The position numbers and the translations under genes were made by a program. From IMG/VR virus record IMGVR_UViG_3300043036_000110, positions 1 through 37,283 of that record: DNA of 37,283 nt. One strand, 5' to 3'. Every line of letters starts with the position of its first letter. Within the stretch, counting starts at the first letter, position 1. Shown here piece by piece: positions 1 to 8,530 of this stretch. Source of the DNA: a virus (lineage: Duplodnaviria > Caudoviricetes). The notes below the pieces were generated by a model. That model was not told the origin of the DNA. It ran no database searches and saw nothing but the letters and a program-made list of their open reading frames with translations.

Positions 1-201
1 GTCGTACGCGTATGCCTCTCGCTGGTATTTGGTGAGTTCTTCGATGAATTCTTGTAGGAGAATCATCAGATTAGGCGCTTCTTGGTGGTATTTTGTTATT
101 TTGATGATCTCTTGGTACCCTCTTAGCAACAAAGCTAGGTTATTTACGTCCACTGAGGACATTTCTAGGTTGAATGTCCCTCGGTGCTTAGTTAACCGCA
201 T
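1..201 (-). CDS. Hypothetical protein, partial (runs off the window edge)
   Basis: Manual translation from ATG at 201 (MRLTKHRGTFNLEMSS...) stays open to position 1; AGGAGA SD lies upstream. Confidence 0.6.
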   Translation of the reverse strand, partial: MRLTKHRGTFNLEMSSVDVNNLALLLRGYQEIIKITKYHQEAPNLMILLQEFIEELTKYQREAYAYD

Positions 202-282
202 GATTTCTTCTCCTGTTTTGTGTTAAACCTACGAAATTTGTAAGAAGAGCGTTGTTTCAGCTCTTCCTCCGTGTATTTCCTC

Positions 283-531
283 TTAGATTCGGACGAGTTG
301 GTCATATGTAGCCGTGTATTCGACCATAGTTCCATCGAGATCTACGATAGTACACATCTGTTCGAGTGCTGCCTTGGTAGAAGCGTATGCGAAGGCGATA
401 GGACGACCCTCAACGTCAGCAGACATGAGAGCGTTGCATGAGAATTCTTCGAGAGATTCGTAGAGAGCCTCCCATGAGTCCATTCCGAACTGTTCTGGTG
501 TGAGGGGATTGAGCAAGAGGTATTTTGTCAT
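283..531 (-). CDS. Hypothetical early protein (82 aa, acidic)
   Basis: ORF with AGGAG SD, co-oriented with its neighbours. Confidence 0.7.
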   Translation of the reverse strand: MTKYLLLNPLTPEQFGMDSWEALYESLEEFSCNALMSADVEGRPIAFAYASTKAALEQMCTIVDLDGTMVEYTATYDQLVRI

Positions 532-556
532 GGTATTTCTCCTAGTTGACGGTTAA

Positions 557-886
557 TTATTCAGCTGACTCGATGTTGTAGAACCAAACTTTTGGATCGT
601 TACCACCAGCGGCAATAAAGCGAACCAAATCACCATTGTCGTAGGCTTTCTGGAGGTCTTTAGTGAGAGCCTTGAGTGTTTCAGTGTGAGTGATACGATC
701 GATACGGCACTGACGCTTGTAACCATCAGAGCCTGTAGCTTCGATTGAACGAGTCAGGTCATTGAACTCTAAGTCCTTGATCTTAACAGGTGCTGAGAGA
801 CGATCTTCACCCAATGGGTTGTTTGTTGAGAAGATAACATCGATCTTTTTGATTGATGTGAATGCAGGTGTGAAAGCTTTAGTCAT
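557..886 (-). CDS. Hypothetical early protein (109 aa), paralogue of 1731..2102
   Basis: ATG with AAGGA SD; shares the S.PV / SD...R.CR / F.AA.G..P..WF pattern with the 1731..2102 product. Confidence 0.75.
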   Translation of the reverse strand: MTKAFTPAFTSIKKIDVIFSTNNPLGEDRLSAPVKIKDLEFNDLTRSIEATGSDGYKRQCRIDRITHTETLKALTKDLQKAYDNGDLVRFIAAGGNDPKVWFYNIESAE

Positions 887-967
887 GATGATTTCCTTTT
901 GGTTAAATGAATTGCTTGGTACCTACCCCAAGTGGTCTCTCCGTTGTATGCCCGAGAAGAGCAGTGA

Positions 968-1078
968 TTAGTAGTAGCGAACTACATCTACGAGTTCAGG
1001 AAGCCATTGATTTAACTCTCTGACATCCATTGTTTGATAGATTAGTTTGCCTGTTGGTTTGTAGTATACGTAGTACAT
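968..1078 (-). CDS. Small hypothetical protein (36 aa, MYYVYYKPTGKLIYQTMDVRELNQWLPELVDVVRYY)
   Basis: Manual translation; AAGGAG SD upstream; below the ORF-track cutoff. Confidence 0.55.
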   Translation of the reverse strand: MYYVYYKPTGKLIYQTMDVRELNQWLPELVDVVRYY

Positions 1079-1197
1079 TTGTAGAACTCCTTTGTTTGTT
1101 CAAGTGCAATCTCTTCAGCCATAGCACGAGGCATGTTAGCATCGTACTCTAGTATGCCAGCTCGTTCTTCGTAGAACTCCCTCTGGGCTTCAGTCAT
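1042..1197 (-). CDS. Small phage protein (51 aa) with an EERAGILEYDA..R..AE motif
   Basis: Manual translation MTEAQREFYEERAGILEYDANMPRAMAEEIA...; the motif resembles one recurrent in small phage proteins. Confidence 0.6.
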   Translation of the reverse strand: MTEAQREFYEERAGILEYDANMPRAMAEEIALEQTKEFYKCTTYTTNQQAN

Positions 1198-1202
1198 ATC
1201 GC

Positions 1203-1388
1203 TTACTCGCATATGATATCCTCTGCTTCAGTGAGTAACAACAATGCTTGTGAGCATGCCATTACACCACAGATAAAGATGATAGCAACTAACCCTAGAT
1301 CATAGCCATTCTGTTCTAGATTGACCATAGCATAGCGTGTTGCAGCGAACCATACAAACAGTATGGCGATGTGAGTGATGTACTTCAT
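1203..1388 (-). CDS. Small membrane protein (two hydrophobic segments)
   Basis: AAGGAG SD; two TM-like stretches. Confidence 0.65.
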   Translation of the reverse strand: MKYITHIAILFVWFAATRYAMVNLEQNGYDLGLVAIIFICGVMACSQALLLLTEAEDIICE

Positions 1389-1410
1389 ATATTCTCCTTA
1401 GAATGAAGCG

Positions 1411-1463
1411 AACAGAGCAAGAGCGCTCTCCATTGGGATTGCTCCCAACAGGCAGGACTCTTA
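1411..1463 (-). repeat. 53-nt structured intergenic element, copy 1
   Basis: Flanks identical to 1681..1733; internal 16-nt hairpin TTGGGA-GCAA-TCCCAA on the minus strand. Confidence 0.85.
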
Positions 1464-1667
1464 AGCACAAGCATTAGTTACCAACGAGAGTGGTACTTCA
1501 ATGTACGGGTTTGGAGGAACATCATCTCCGTGCTCAAACGCATTGCATTGCTGCAAGAAGAACTCCAAACCGTGGTAGTAGTCTACCGTATCGTACTCTT
1601 GGTTAGTACACACCACATGCTCCTCAAACAAACGAGTAGCCTTATCAACACAAGCACTTGTCAACAT
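1461..1667 (-). CDS. Hypothetical early protein (68 aa)
   Basis: ORF lies exactly between the two 53-nt elements; AAAGG SD. Confidence 0.7.
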   Translation of the reverse strand: MLTSACVDKATRLFEEHVVCTNQEYDTVDYYHGLEFFLQQCNAFEHGDDVPPNPYIEVPLSLVTNACA

Positions 1668-1680
1668 AACAACCTTTCAA

Positions 1681-1733
1681 AACAGAGCAAGAGCGCTCTC
1701 CACAGCCAAACAAGGCTGCAGGCAGGACTCTTA
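1681..1733 (-). repeat. 53-nt structured intergenic element, copy 2
   Basis: Same flanks as copy 1; internal hairpin CAGCC-TTGTTT-GGCTG on the minus strand. Confidence 0.85.
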
Positions 1734-2102
1734 TTCACCCAACAACTCTTCACCAACACAACCAACGAACCAAGCGTCAGGCGACCAACCGTCAGCAGCG
1801 TAGAAGATGACAGGCTTACCAACACGAGCAGAGAGCTTGTCAAACACAGCGTCAACAGACAGAGAACAACCGAGAGCCTTAGAAGCAAACGACACACGAC
1901 ACACACGGATGCGGTCATCGGAGCACACAACAGACACACGGTCAGCACCACGCACAACAGCACGGACGGTGACAGGAGACGAGTTGGAAGAGCCAACGAG
2001 AGACGAGAGACGGCGAACAGCAGCACGACCAGCCTCACGAACAGACAACGAGGCAACAGGACCAGCAGGAACAGACGAAGACCAAGAAGAAAGAACAGAC
2101 AC
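1731..2102 (-). CDS. Adenine-depleted hypothetical protein (123 aa), first gene of the leftward operon, paralogue of 557..886
   Basis: GTG start at 2102 behind a GGAGGT SD, in frame with ORF 1731..2177; motif similarity to 557..886 identifies the real frame. Confidence 0.7.
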   Translation of the reverse strand: MSVLSSWSSSVPAGPVASLSVREAGRAAVRRLSSLVGSSNSSPVTVRAVVRGADRVSVVCSDDRIRVCRVSFASKALGCSLSVDAVFDKLSARVGKPVIFYAADGWSPDAWFVGCVGEELLGE

Positions 2103-2400
2103 AGGACACCTCCAAGAGAGACAGACAGGGCAAGAGCACCCACACGACCCAACACCACCAGCCGAGACGACCACCACGAGCCGAGGGGGGACACGGAAGG
2201 AAGGAGAAGGGGATAACCAAACAACTTTGATTCTTTTTCACACACAAAGAAATATTACCCATAAGACTTTTCCCCACAGACTTCCCTCCACAGAAACCTA
2301 CCCCCAGAATTTCTATAATAAACCCACCCCACCCTCTTAAAAAATTATAGTATATTTTCTCCCAGGAAATTATAATAATTATTACTATCAGAATTATTAC

Positions 2401-2421
2401 TAGTCGGTTCCTATTAGGAAA
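2401..2421 (+). promoter_or_regulatory. Candidate phage-specific late promoter, copy 1 (TAGTCGGTTCCTATTAGGAAA)
   Basis: 18/21 identical to 20351..20371; both copies are intergenic and lie upstream of + strand gene blocks. Confidence 0.5.
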
Positions 2422-2475
2422 ACTATTTTAGAGTTAGCGAATAGCTAACGCTATCCACTTCTCATAGGACACACA

Positions 2476-4107
2476 TTGAGCAATCACAAAAAACTAGAAG
2501 CTCTTCGTGAGCTTAAACGCAGGGAAAAGATTAAAGAGTATGGTACTAACTTTGAGTTATTCGCCAAGGAACAAATCCGGATTCTCCCAAAGGACTCCCG
2601 AGAAGGATTCCAACCTTTTGTCTTTAATGAAGCCCAACATATTGTAAATGATGCTATTGAAAAACAGTTGAGAGAAACTGGTAAAGTAAGAGCTATCATT
2701 TTAAAGGCCCGACAAATGGGTCTCTCCACGTATACCGCATCACGAGTATTCTGGAAAAGTTATTTTAATAAGTATAACAAGTCTGTTGTTATGGCGCATG
2801 ATAGTGCCACATCTGATGCTTTGTTTACGATGAGTAAGAACGTCATTCAGCATATGTCTGAAGAGTTCCAACCAGAGATGAAGAAGTCTAACGCCAAAGA
2901 GATTATGTTTGAACATAATGATAGTGGCTATAGACTGTATACCGCAGGATCTCCTGAAGCGGGTAGGGGTATTACGCCTACTATTGCACATCTTTCAGAG
3001 GTAGCTTTCTGGCTCCATGATGAAAAAATTTTGGCGGGACTCTTTCAGGGTATCTCACAGGCAGATGGTACCGAAGTTATTCTTGAGAGTACAGCTAACG
3101 GTGTAGGTAATTCTTTTCATAGGTTATGGAAGGGTGCCGTAGAAGGTACCAACGAGTATATCCCTATTTTCGTACCTTGGTATCTCATGTCAGAGTACCG
3201 TAGGAAAGCTCCTGAAGGGTTTGAGAGAACTGCAGAAGAAGAAATATTAGTAACAAGATATAACTTAGATGATGATCAGTTATATTGGAGAAGATTAAAG
3301 GTAGCTGAGGGTGGGTTGGATAAGTTCCGACAAGAGTACCCTAGTAACCCTGAAGAAGCGTTTATTGTTTCCGGTAGTAATGTGTTCAACGTAGAGAAGC
3401 TTAGTGCTCTTGTTCCACAACCTATTCTGTCTCAGATGGACTTCAATTTTGAGTCTCAGATGATGGAGAATGTGAAGAATGGATCGATTGAAATATTTAA
3501 GTATCCTACTTTTGAAGATTCTTTTGCTATTGGCGCTGACGTTAGTCTCGGGGTCGGTAAAGACTTTTCTACGGCGGTGGTAATGAATGCTCAAAGGGAG
3601 GTCTGTGCTGTATATAGAAATAATACTATTGACCCTTCTCAGTTTGGTGATCTGCTATTTTATCTCGGTAGGTATTACAACAATGCTCTCCTTGCAGTAG
3701 AGTCAAACAGTATGGGTATTGCTACCCTGAATAGACTAACTCAAATGGGTTATGTCAACATGTATTATCAAACGAAGATGGCTAACGTGAGTAAAGAAGA
3801 AGGAACCCGTATTGGGTGGAGAACCACAATGGCATCTAAACCTGCTATTATTGGATTCTTGAAGAATGCTATTGAGCAAGAAGATATATGGATTCCTTCC
3901 CGTATAGTTATCGGGGAGTTGATGAATTATGTTGCTGACGATAATGGACGGACTAACGCTATTGTCGGTCATAATGACGATACTGTTATTGCTCTTGCGA
4001 TCGCGCTCGAAGTAATCCGGACTCACGGAGATAGGCTAACGACTAACAAGGTATCTTTTACACAAAAGATTGGATCCTTCCAAGAGGTAGAAACAAAATG
4101 GTTATAG
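2476..4107 (+). CDS. terL: Terminase large subunit
   Basis: Walker A-like ILKARQMGLST, Walker B-like AHLSEVAF, ESTANG coupling motif, RNase H-type nuclease motifs IGADVS..G.D, VESN and HNDDTVIA; TTG start with AGGA SD. Confidence 0.95.
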   Translation: MSNHKKLEALRELKRREKIKEYGTNFELFAKEQIRILPKDSREGFQPFVFNEAQHIVNDAIEKQLRETGKVRAIILKARQMGLSTYTASRVFWKSYFNKYNKSVVMAHDSATSDALFTMSKNVIQHMSEEFQPEMKKSNAKEIMFEHNDSGYRLYTAGSPEAGRGITPTIAHLSEVAFWLHDEKILAGLFQGISQADGTEVILESTANGVGNSFHRLWKGAVEGTNEYIPIFVPWYLMSEYRRKAPEGFERTAEEEILVTRYNLDDDQLYWRRLKVAEGGLDKFRQEYPSNPEEAFIVSGSNVFNVEKLSALVPQPILSQMDFNFESQMMENVKNGSIEIFKYPTFEDSFAIGADVSLGVGKDFSTAVVMNAQREVCAVYRNNTIDPSQFGDLLFYLGRYYNNALLAVESNSMGIATLNRLTQMGYVNMYYQTKMANVSKEEGTRIGWRTTMASKPAIIGFLKNAIEQEDIWIPSRIVIGELMNYVADDNGRTNAIVGHNDDTVIALAIALEVIRTHGDRLTTNKVSFTQKIGSFQEVETKWL

Positions 4108-4144
4108 AAGGAGGCGGGTACGCTGAAAAGATACCTAGAATATA

Positions 4145-4288
4145 ATGGCTATTGATTTAAAATTAACTGGTGAACAGAAAAAGCAGATGCAAGCTTTTGT
4201 TAAACCAACTCCACAGGGTAAATTAATGAACCCCAAGGAAAAGGTAGGTGAACGTTCTGAAAGAACCTTACCTATCCGTGGGCGATAA
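4145..4288 (+). CDS. Small basic hypothetical protein (47 aa, MAIDLKLTGEQKKQ...)
   Basis: Manual translation between terL and portal; codon usage like neighbouring genes; no clear SD. Confidence 0.5.
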   Translation: MAIDLKLTGEQKKQMQAFVKPTPQGKLMNPKEKVGERSERTLPIRGR

Positions 4289-4430
4289 GAGGTTGCCCTT
4301 AGCGGCCTAGGATTAAAAGAATATCCCTTGTGTCCTATCCGTTGGCTACTCATGGCAGGGATGATAGTAGTAGCAACTAATATTGGTCATTGTGACCTTG
4401 ATTGAATGATTGAACCCAGAAAGGTTTACA

Positions 4431-6686
4431 ATGACAGACAAACAAAATATCAATCGCTTTAAAGCGGATAGATATAAGGAAGTAGTAGGAGATGACGAAC
4501 TCTTAGCTATGATTGAACAGGGTATTACTAACTCTGTTGGTGACTTCTTAAATAGTTCCGACTTAGCTCGTGAACGTCAGAAGGCTACGTACGAATACGG
4601 TATGATGCCTCAGTTCCACTTGACTCCACAGGGCGTGTCTCAGATTGTTTCATCTGATACCGTGGAAGCTATTGAAGGTTACACAGCTATCTTAGCTGAG
4701 TTGATGTTTAATAATAACAGACTAGCTCGGTTTATCCCTGCTGGTACTTCACCTAAAGACTTTCATGAAGCTAAAGCAGCTTCTGACCTAGTTAACTATG
4801 CTATCTTTAAGCAGAATAACGGGTGGGAAATCCTTAATACATGGGTTAAATCAGCTTTGTTATGGAAGAACAGTATTGTTCGTTGGGAGTTCATTGAAGA
4901 CTTCGACTATAACTTTGAAGAGTATGATGAGATTGAACAATCTAACCTAGACCTCTTGTTAGCTGATGCTGAAGTAGAAGTAATGGGTCAACTCAAGTAC
5001 AAGCAAGAGCTTGATACTGACGCAGAAGGTAACTCATTCTACAAGACAATTTATGAGAATGTTCGCTTACGCCGTAAGAAGAACAAGACTCGAATTAACA
5101 TTAAGAACGTACATCCAGAATGTTTCCGTATCACTCGTGATGCGCACAACTTAGATGATGCAGGTTTCGTAGGTATCCAGATCGACATGACTCGTTCTGA
5201 GATTCGTAAGTACTTCCCTGATATCGCAGAAGATATTAACTGGGATGTCATCGGTGACGGTTCATATGACTGGGCTACCAAATACACAGAAGAACAGTCA
5301 GCTCGCAAGCGTCTGGTAGGTGAAGAATACTGGTTGGGTGGTAACTCCCGCGAACTATTCCCTTCAGAAGCTAACCGACAGATTACTGTTATTGAGTGCT
5401 GGCTACGTGTTGACCGTGATGGTGACGGTATTGCAGAACTTAAACACTTCATTATTGCAGGTTCAGTTATTCTGTTAGAAGAAGACTGTGACTCAGTACC
5501 CTTAGCAACTCTTTGCCCTTTCGAGGTACCTCACGAGTTCTTCGGCTTGTCTGTTGCTGACATGATTCGTCCATCTACACTAGCTACTACCGCTATCATG
5601 CGCGGTTTCGTAGAGAACGTGTACTTGACAAACTACTCACCTAAGCTAGCTGACCCTAACGTAGTTGACTTTAGCGCTCTTCAGAACATGAAGCCTAAAC
5701 AGATCATTGCTACTAACGGTAATCCTAATGGTGCTGTTGCTGCATTGACTCCTGACGCTATTAGCTCTGGTACTGTACCTCTATTAGAGATGTTACAGCT
5801 ACACAAAGAACAAGCTACTGGTTTGTCTAAGGCTGCTCAAGGTTTGAATGATACATTATACGTATCAGGTAACAGTGAAGAAAAGATGCAGAAAGCTATG
5901 TCTGCAGCACAAGTACGTATCCAGTATATGGCTCGTAGATTTGCTGAAACAGGCTTTAAACGATTAACTGAGGGTGTGTATAAAACTCTCCGTGATAAGA
6001 TGCGTGGTAAGACCATGCACTACTACGATCAGAATGATATCTTCAAGAATGTGGATCCAGGTACATTACCCTCCAACCTCTTGTTATACATTGATGTGGA
6101 CGTAGGTGATAACTCTAACCATAGTACAGTTAAAAAGATGACTATGGTTGGTCAGCAGTTGATTCCAGCGTTGCAACAAGCAGGTGCGGGTGGTGCGGTT
6201 AATCCTGAAGCCGCTGTACGAATTGCTTGCAAAACCCTTGAAGCTATGGACTTAGATCCACTAGACTATCTAGTAGATTATACAGATCCTAAGTTTAAAG
6301 ATAACGCTCTTAAGTCTCGACAAGCTGAACAACAAGCTTCTGAGAAACAAAAGCAACTTGAAGAACAAGCCAAGCAATTGGACTTAGCACAAAGACAGGC
6401 TACGGTCGATCTTACTAATGTACAAGCTAAGAACGCTCTTCAAGATAACACAAAACAACTTATGGTTGCAATGGACAAGTCCTACCAAGAGTGGGGCAAA
6501 CTCTATATTATGGCTGCTAAAGAGGGTGTTGAACCACCTAAGCAACCTGATATTAAAGAGCTTTTGGCTATGGCCCAAGGCTTTATCCGTGGCGATATGT
6601 CCGGTGATGCTTCCCGCCCACAAGGTGGTCAAGCAATGCCTCAAGTAAATGGACCAGCCGCTGCAGGTGAGCAACCGCAAATGTAA
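4431..6686 (+). CDS. Portal protein (phiEco32/SU10-like, about 750 aa)
   Basis: Follows terL; VIECWLRVDRDGDGIAELK and PHEFFGLSVAD motifs; C-terminal coiled coil; ATG at 4431 behind AAAGG. Confidence 0.9.
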   Translation: MTDKQNINRFKADRYKEVVGDDELLAMIEQGITNSVGDFLNSSDLARERQKATYEYGMMPQFHLTPQGVSQIVSSDTVEAIEGYTAILAELMFNNNRLARFIPAGTSPKDFHEAKAASDLVNYAIFKQNNGWEILNTWVKSALLWKNSIVRWEFIEDFDYNFEEYDEIEQSNLDLLLADAEVEVMGQLKYKQELDTDAEGNSFYKTIYENVRLRRKKNKTRINIKNVHPECFRITRDAHNLDDAGFVGIQIDMTRSEIRKYFPDIAEDINWDVIGDGSYDWATKYTEEQSARKRLVGEEYWLGGNSRELFPSEANRQITVIECWLRVDRDGDGIAELKHFIIAGSVILLEEDCDSVPLATLCPFEVPHEFFGLSVADMIRPSTLATTAIMRGFVENVYLTNYSPKLADPNVVDFSALQNMKPKQIIATNGNPNGAVAALTPDAISSGTVPLLEMLQLHKEQATGLSKAAQGLNDTLYVSGNSEEKMQKAMSAAQVRIQYMARRFAETGFKRLTEGVYKTLRDKMRGKTMHYYDQNDIFKNVDPGTLPSNLLLYIDVDVGDNSNHSTVKKMTMVGQQLIPALQQAGAGGAVNPEAAVRIACKTLEAMDLDPLDYLVDYTDPKFKDNALKSRQAEQQASEKQKQLEEQAKQLDLAQRQATVDLTNVQAKNALQDNTKQLMVAMDKSYQEWGKLYIMAAKEGVEPPKQPDIKELLAMAQGFIRGDMSGDASRPQGGQAMPQVNGPAAAGEQPQM

Positions 6687-6692
6687 ACCCCC

Positions 6693-6716
6693 GAGCTTCC
6701 TCGAAAGAGGGAGTTC
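6693..6716 (+). promoter_or_regulatory. GAAA-tetraloop RNA hairpin without a U-tract
   Basis: GAGCTTCCTC-GAAA-GAGGGAGTTC with G-U pairs, just after the portal stop. Confidence 0.45.
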
Positions 6717-6734
6717 ACCTAACACTTAAAATTA

Positions 6735-7100
6735 ATGGACAAATATAAAGAGGCTTTCCAGAAGAGAACGAAGCCGAAAATGAACCATGATACTGGCGAA
6801 TATATTGTTGAACCCTTCCGTGACGCTCAAGTCGCATTAGGTAAAGCAGAGTTTGCAGTACGAGAACGAGAACAATTCTTTGGCGAAGCTTACTCGGAGA
6901 TCTTAGCAGACCTCTTTGTTACTTGGTTAAAGACTGAGCCTCATGCTGTTAAAGAGCGTGAGTTCCTATTCCATACAGCTATGGCACTAGGGAGCGTTAA
7001 AGAAAAGCTTGTAGGTATCGAGATGCTTGGTAACAACATCAAATACATTAACAAGTTAAAACAAGAAGCCAAAGAAGAGGGCAAAGAAAACAATGAGTAA
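6735..7100 (+). CDS. Hypothetical head-module protein (121 aa)
   Basis: ORF between portal and scaffold. Confidence 0.75.
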   Translation: MDKYKEAFQKRTKPKMNHDTGEYIVEPFRDAQVALGKAEFAVREREQFFGEAYSEILADLFVTWLKTEPHAVKEREFLFHTAMALGSVKEKLVGIEMLGNNIKYINKLKQEAKEEGKENNE

Positions 7101-7344
7101 ATACGTTAAAGCAAGAGAAGTTCTAGTTCGTTCACGAGACGAAGTATTAGGTGAACTCGTTCGCGCAGGTGAGAGTGGTGGTGTGGGTCTATCCCAACGT
7201 TTCGCCCCTATTCTTGTTAATCTGCAGGGTGCTATCGAAGCAATCGATCGCATCACGGGTACACAAGATCAGCCAAAGGAAAACTTTGCTGAAAAAATGA
7301 AGGCTGCTAAGGCAGCTAAAGCCGCTGAAAAAGCAGCACAATAA
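7093..7344 (+). CDS. Hypothetical protein (83 aa)
   Basis: Overlaps the previous stop; K/A-rich C-terminus. Confidence 0.7.
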   Translation: MSKYVKAREVLVRSRDEVLGELVRAGESGGVGLSQRFAPILVNLQGAIEAIDRITGTQDQPKENFAEKMKAAKAAKAAEKAAQ

Positions 7345-7366
7345 AACGGACACAAGGAAATAACAT

Positions 7367-8500
7367 ATGAATTTATCACATCTCTCTACCAACACCCCTG
7401 CATCAGAAGTGAGCAGCGCGAGTTTTGATGACGGAAGTGTAAGTGCAGATTTGGAAGCAAAAAGTCTTGATGACATTCTACGTAATAGCCCGGCAGCAAA
7501 AATGCTCGGCTTGGAATCTCTACCAGAAGAAGACGAGAGCGTCCCAAATCCAGATGAAGAGTCGGAAGAAGAACAAGCCCAAGAGAACGACTCGGAAGCT
7601 GAAAATGACCTAGATGAAAATAAAGAATCAACTGATTCCGAAGAAGAGAATGCTGCTGAGGATGATACGTCTACCCAAAATGCAGAGCTACCAACTGAAG
7701 AAGATATTGATTGGGAATACCAAGTACCCGTCACTGTTGACGGTAAGACTGAGTATGTATCCCTAGAAGAAATCCGTAAGGGTTACTCTACTGATAAGCA
7801 TCTATCTCAAAAAGGGCGCGAACTCGGCGAGCTGAAGAAGCAGATCGAGACTGAAAGAAATGAAAAGTTACAGGAAGTAATGACACTAGCTACAGTGATT
7901 AACGAAGAGTTAACTGCTACTGAAACTAAGTTGTCTGGTGAGTACCACAAGATCAAAGGTGATATCGATAAAGCCCGAGAAGAAGGTGATACTTACACAG
8001 CACGAGAGTTAAAAGAAAAGCTAGAAGAAGTACAAGAGAAGTACTGGGCAGCACGTAATAAACGTGAGGCTAGTGCAGGTAAGGTTGCTGAACAACTAAA
8101 AGCACAACAGGCTGAACAACAACAAGCGTTACTGAAAGCGTACGAGGATAATATTACGAAAGTAATCCCCGATTATTCAGATAAAGTTGCTGGTTCAATC
8201 CGTGAGTTTGCTATTAAAGAAGGCATCCCTGAACAACTCTTAGATGTAATTTATGATGTTAACGTAGTAAAGTTTATTAACGACTATCGTAAACTCAAGA
8301 CAGCCAAAGAAACTGGTGAAGTAAAGCGTAAGGCAGCTCCCTCTGTTAAGTCGGTACCCACGAAAAATGGATTACCTGCAGCAAAGAAAGCGCAACAAGC
8401 TACTACTGAAAACCGTTCTAAGGTTCTTTCCGGTCAAGGATCAAAACAAGACGAATTAGATTTTCTAAAACGTATTTCTTCTGTGAGCAAAAAATTATAA
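7367..8500 (+). CDS. Capsid scaffolding protein
   Basis: Very acidic N-terminus, VTVDGK..VSLEE.RKGY motif, long coiled coil; directly upstream of the capsid gene. Confidence 0.85.
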   Translation: MNLSHLSTNTPASEVSSASFDDGSVSADLEAKSLDDILRNSPAAKMLGLESLPEEDESVPNPDEESEEEQAQENDSEAENDLDENKESTDSEEENAAEDDTSTQNAELPTEEDIDWEYQVPVTVDGKTEYVSLEEIRKGYSTDKHLSQKGRELGELKKQIETERNEKLQEVMTLATVINEELTATETKLSGEYHKIKGDIDKAREEGDTYTARELKEKLEEVQEKYWAARNKREASAGKVAEQLKAQQAEQQQALLKAYEDNITKVIPDYSDKVAGSIREFAIKEGIPEQLLDVIYDVNVVKFINDYRKLKTAKETGEVKRKAAPSVKSVPTKNGLPAAKKAQQATTENRSKVLSGQGSKQDELDFLKRISSVSKKL

Positions 8501-8530
8501 AACCAAATTTCACTTTAAGGAATTAATAAA

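Noticed and set aside
1411-1733. CRISPR-like repeat-spacer arrangement
   Set aside because: Only two copies, 270 nt apart, enclosing a whole gene; no cas genes.
557-2102. DGR template/variable repeat pair explaining the adenine bias
   Set aside because: No reverse transcriptase in the window, and the paralogues are not near-identical at non-A positions.
1530-2340. Long overlapping ORFs 1530..2216(+), 1807..2340(+), 1661..2245(-) and 2035..2277(-)
   Set aside because: Stop codons need T on the + strand or A on the - strand, so the T-free tract leaves frames open. Only the 1731 frame has an SD and a paralogue.
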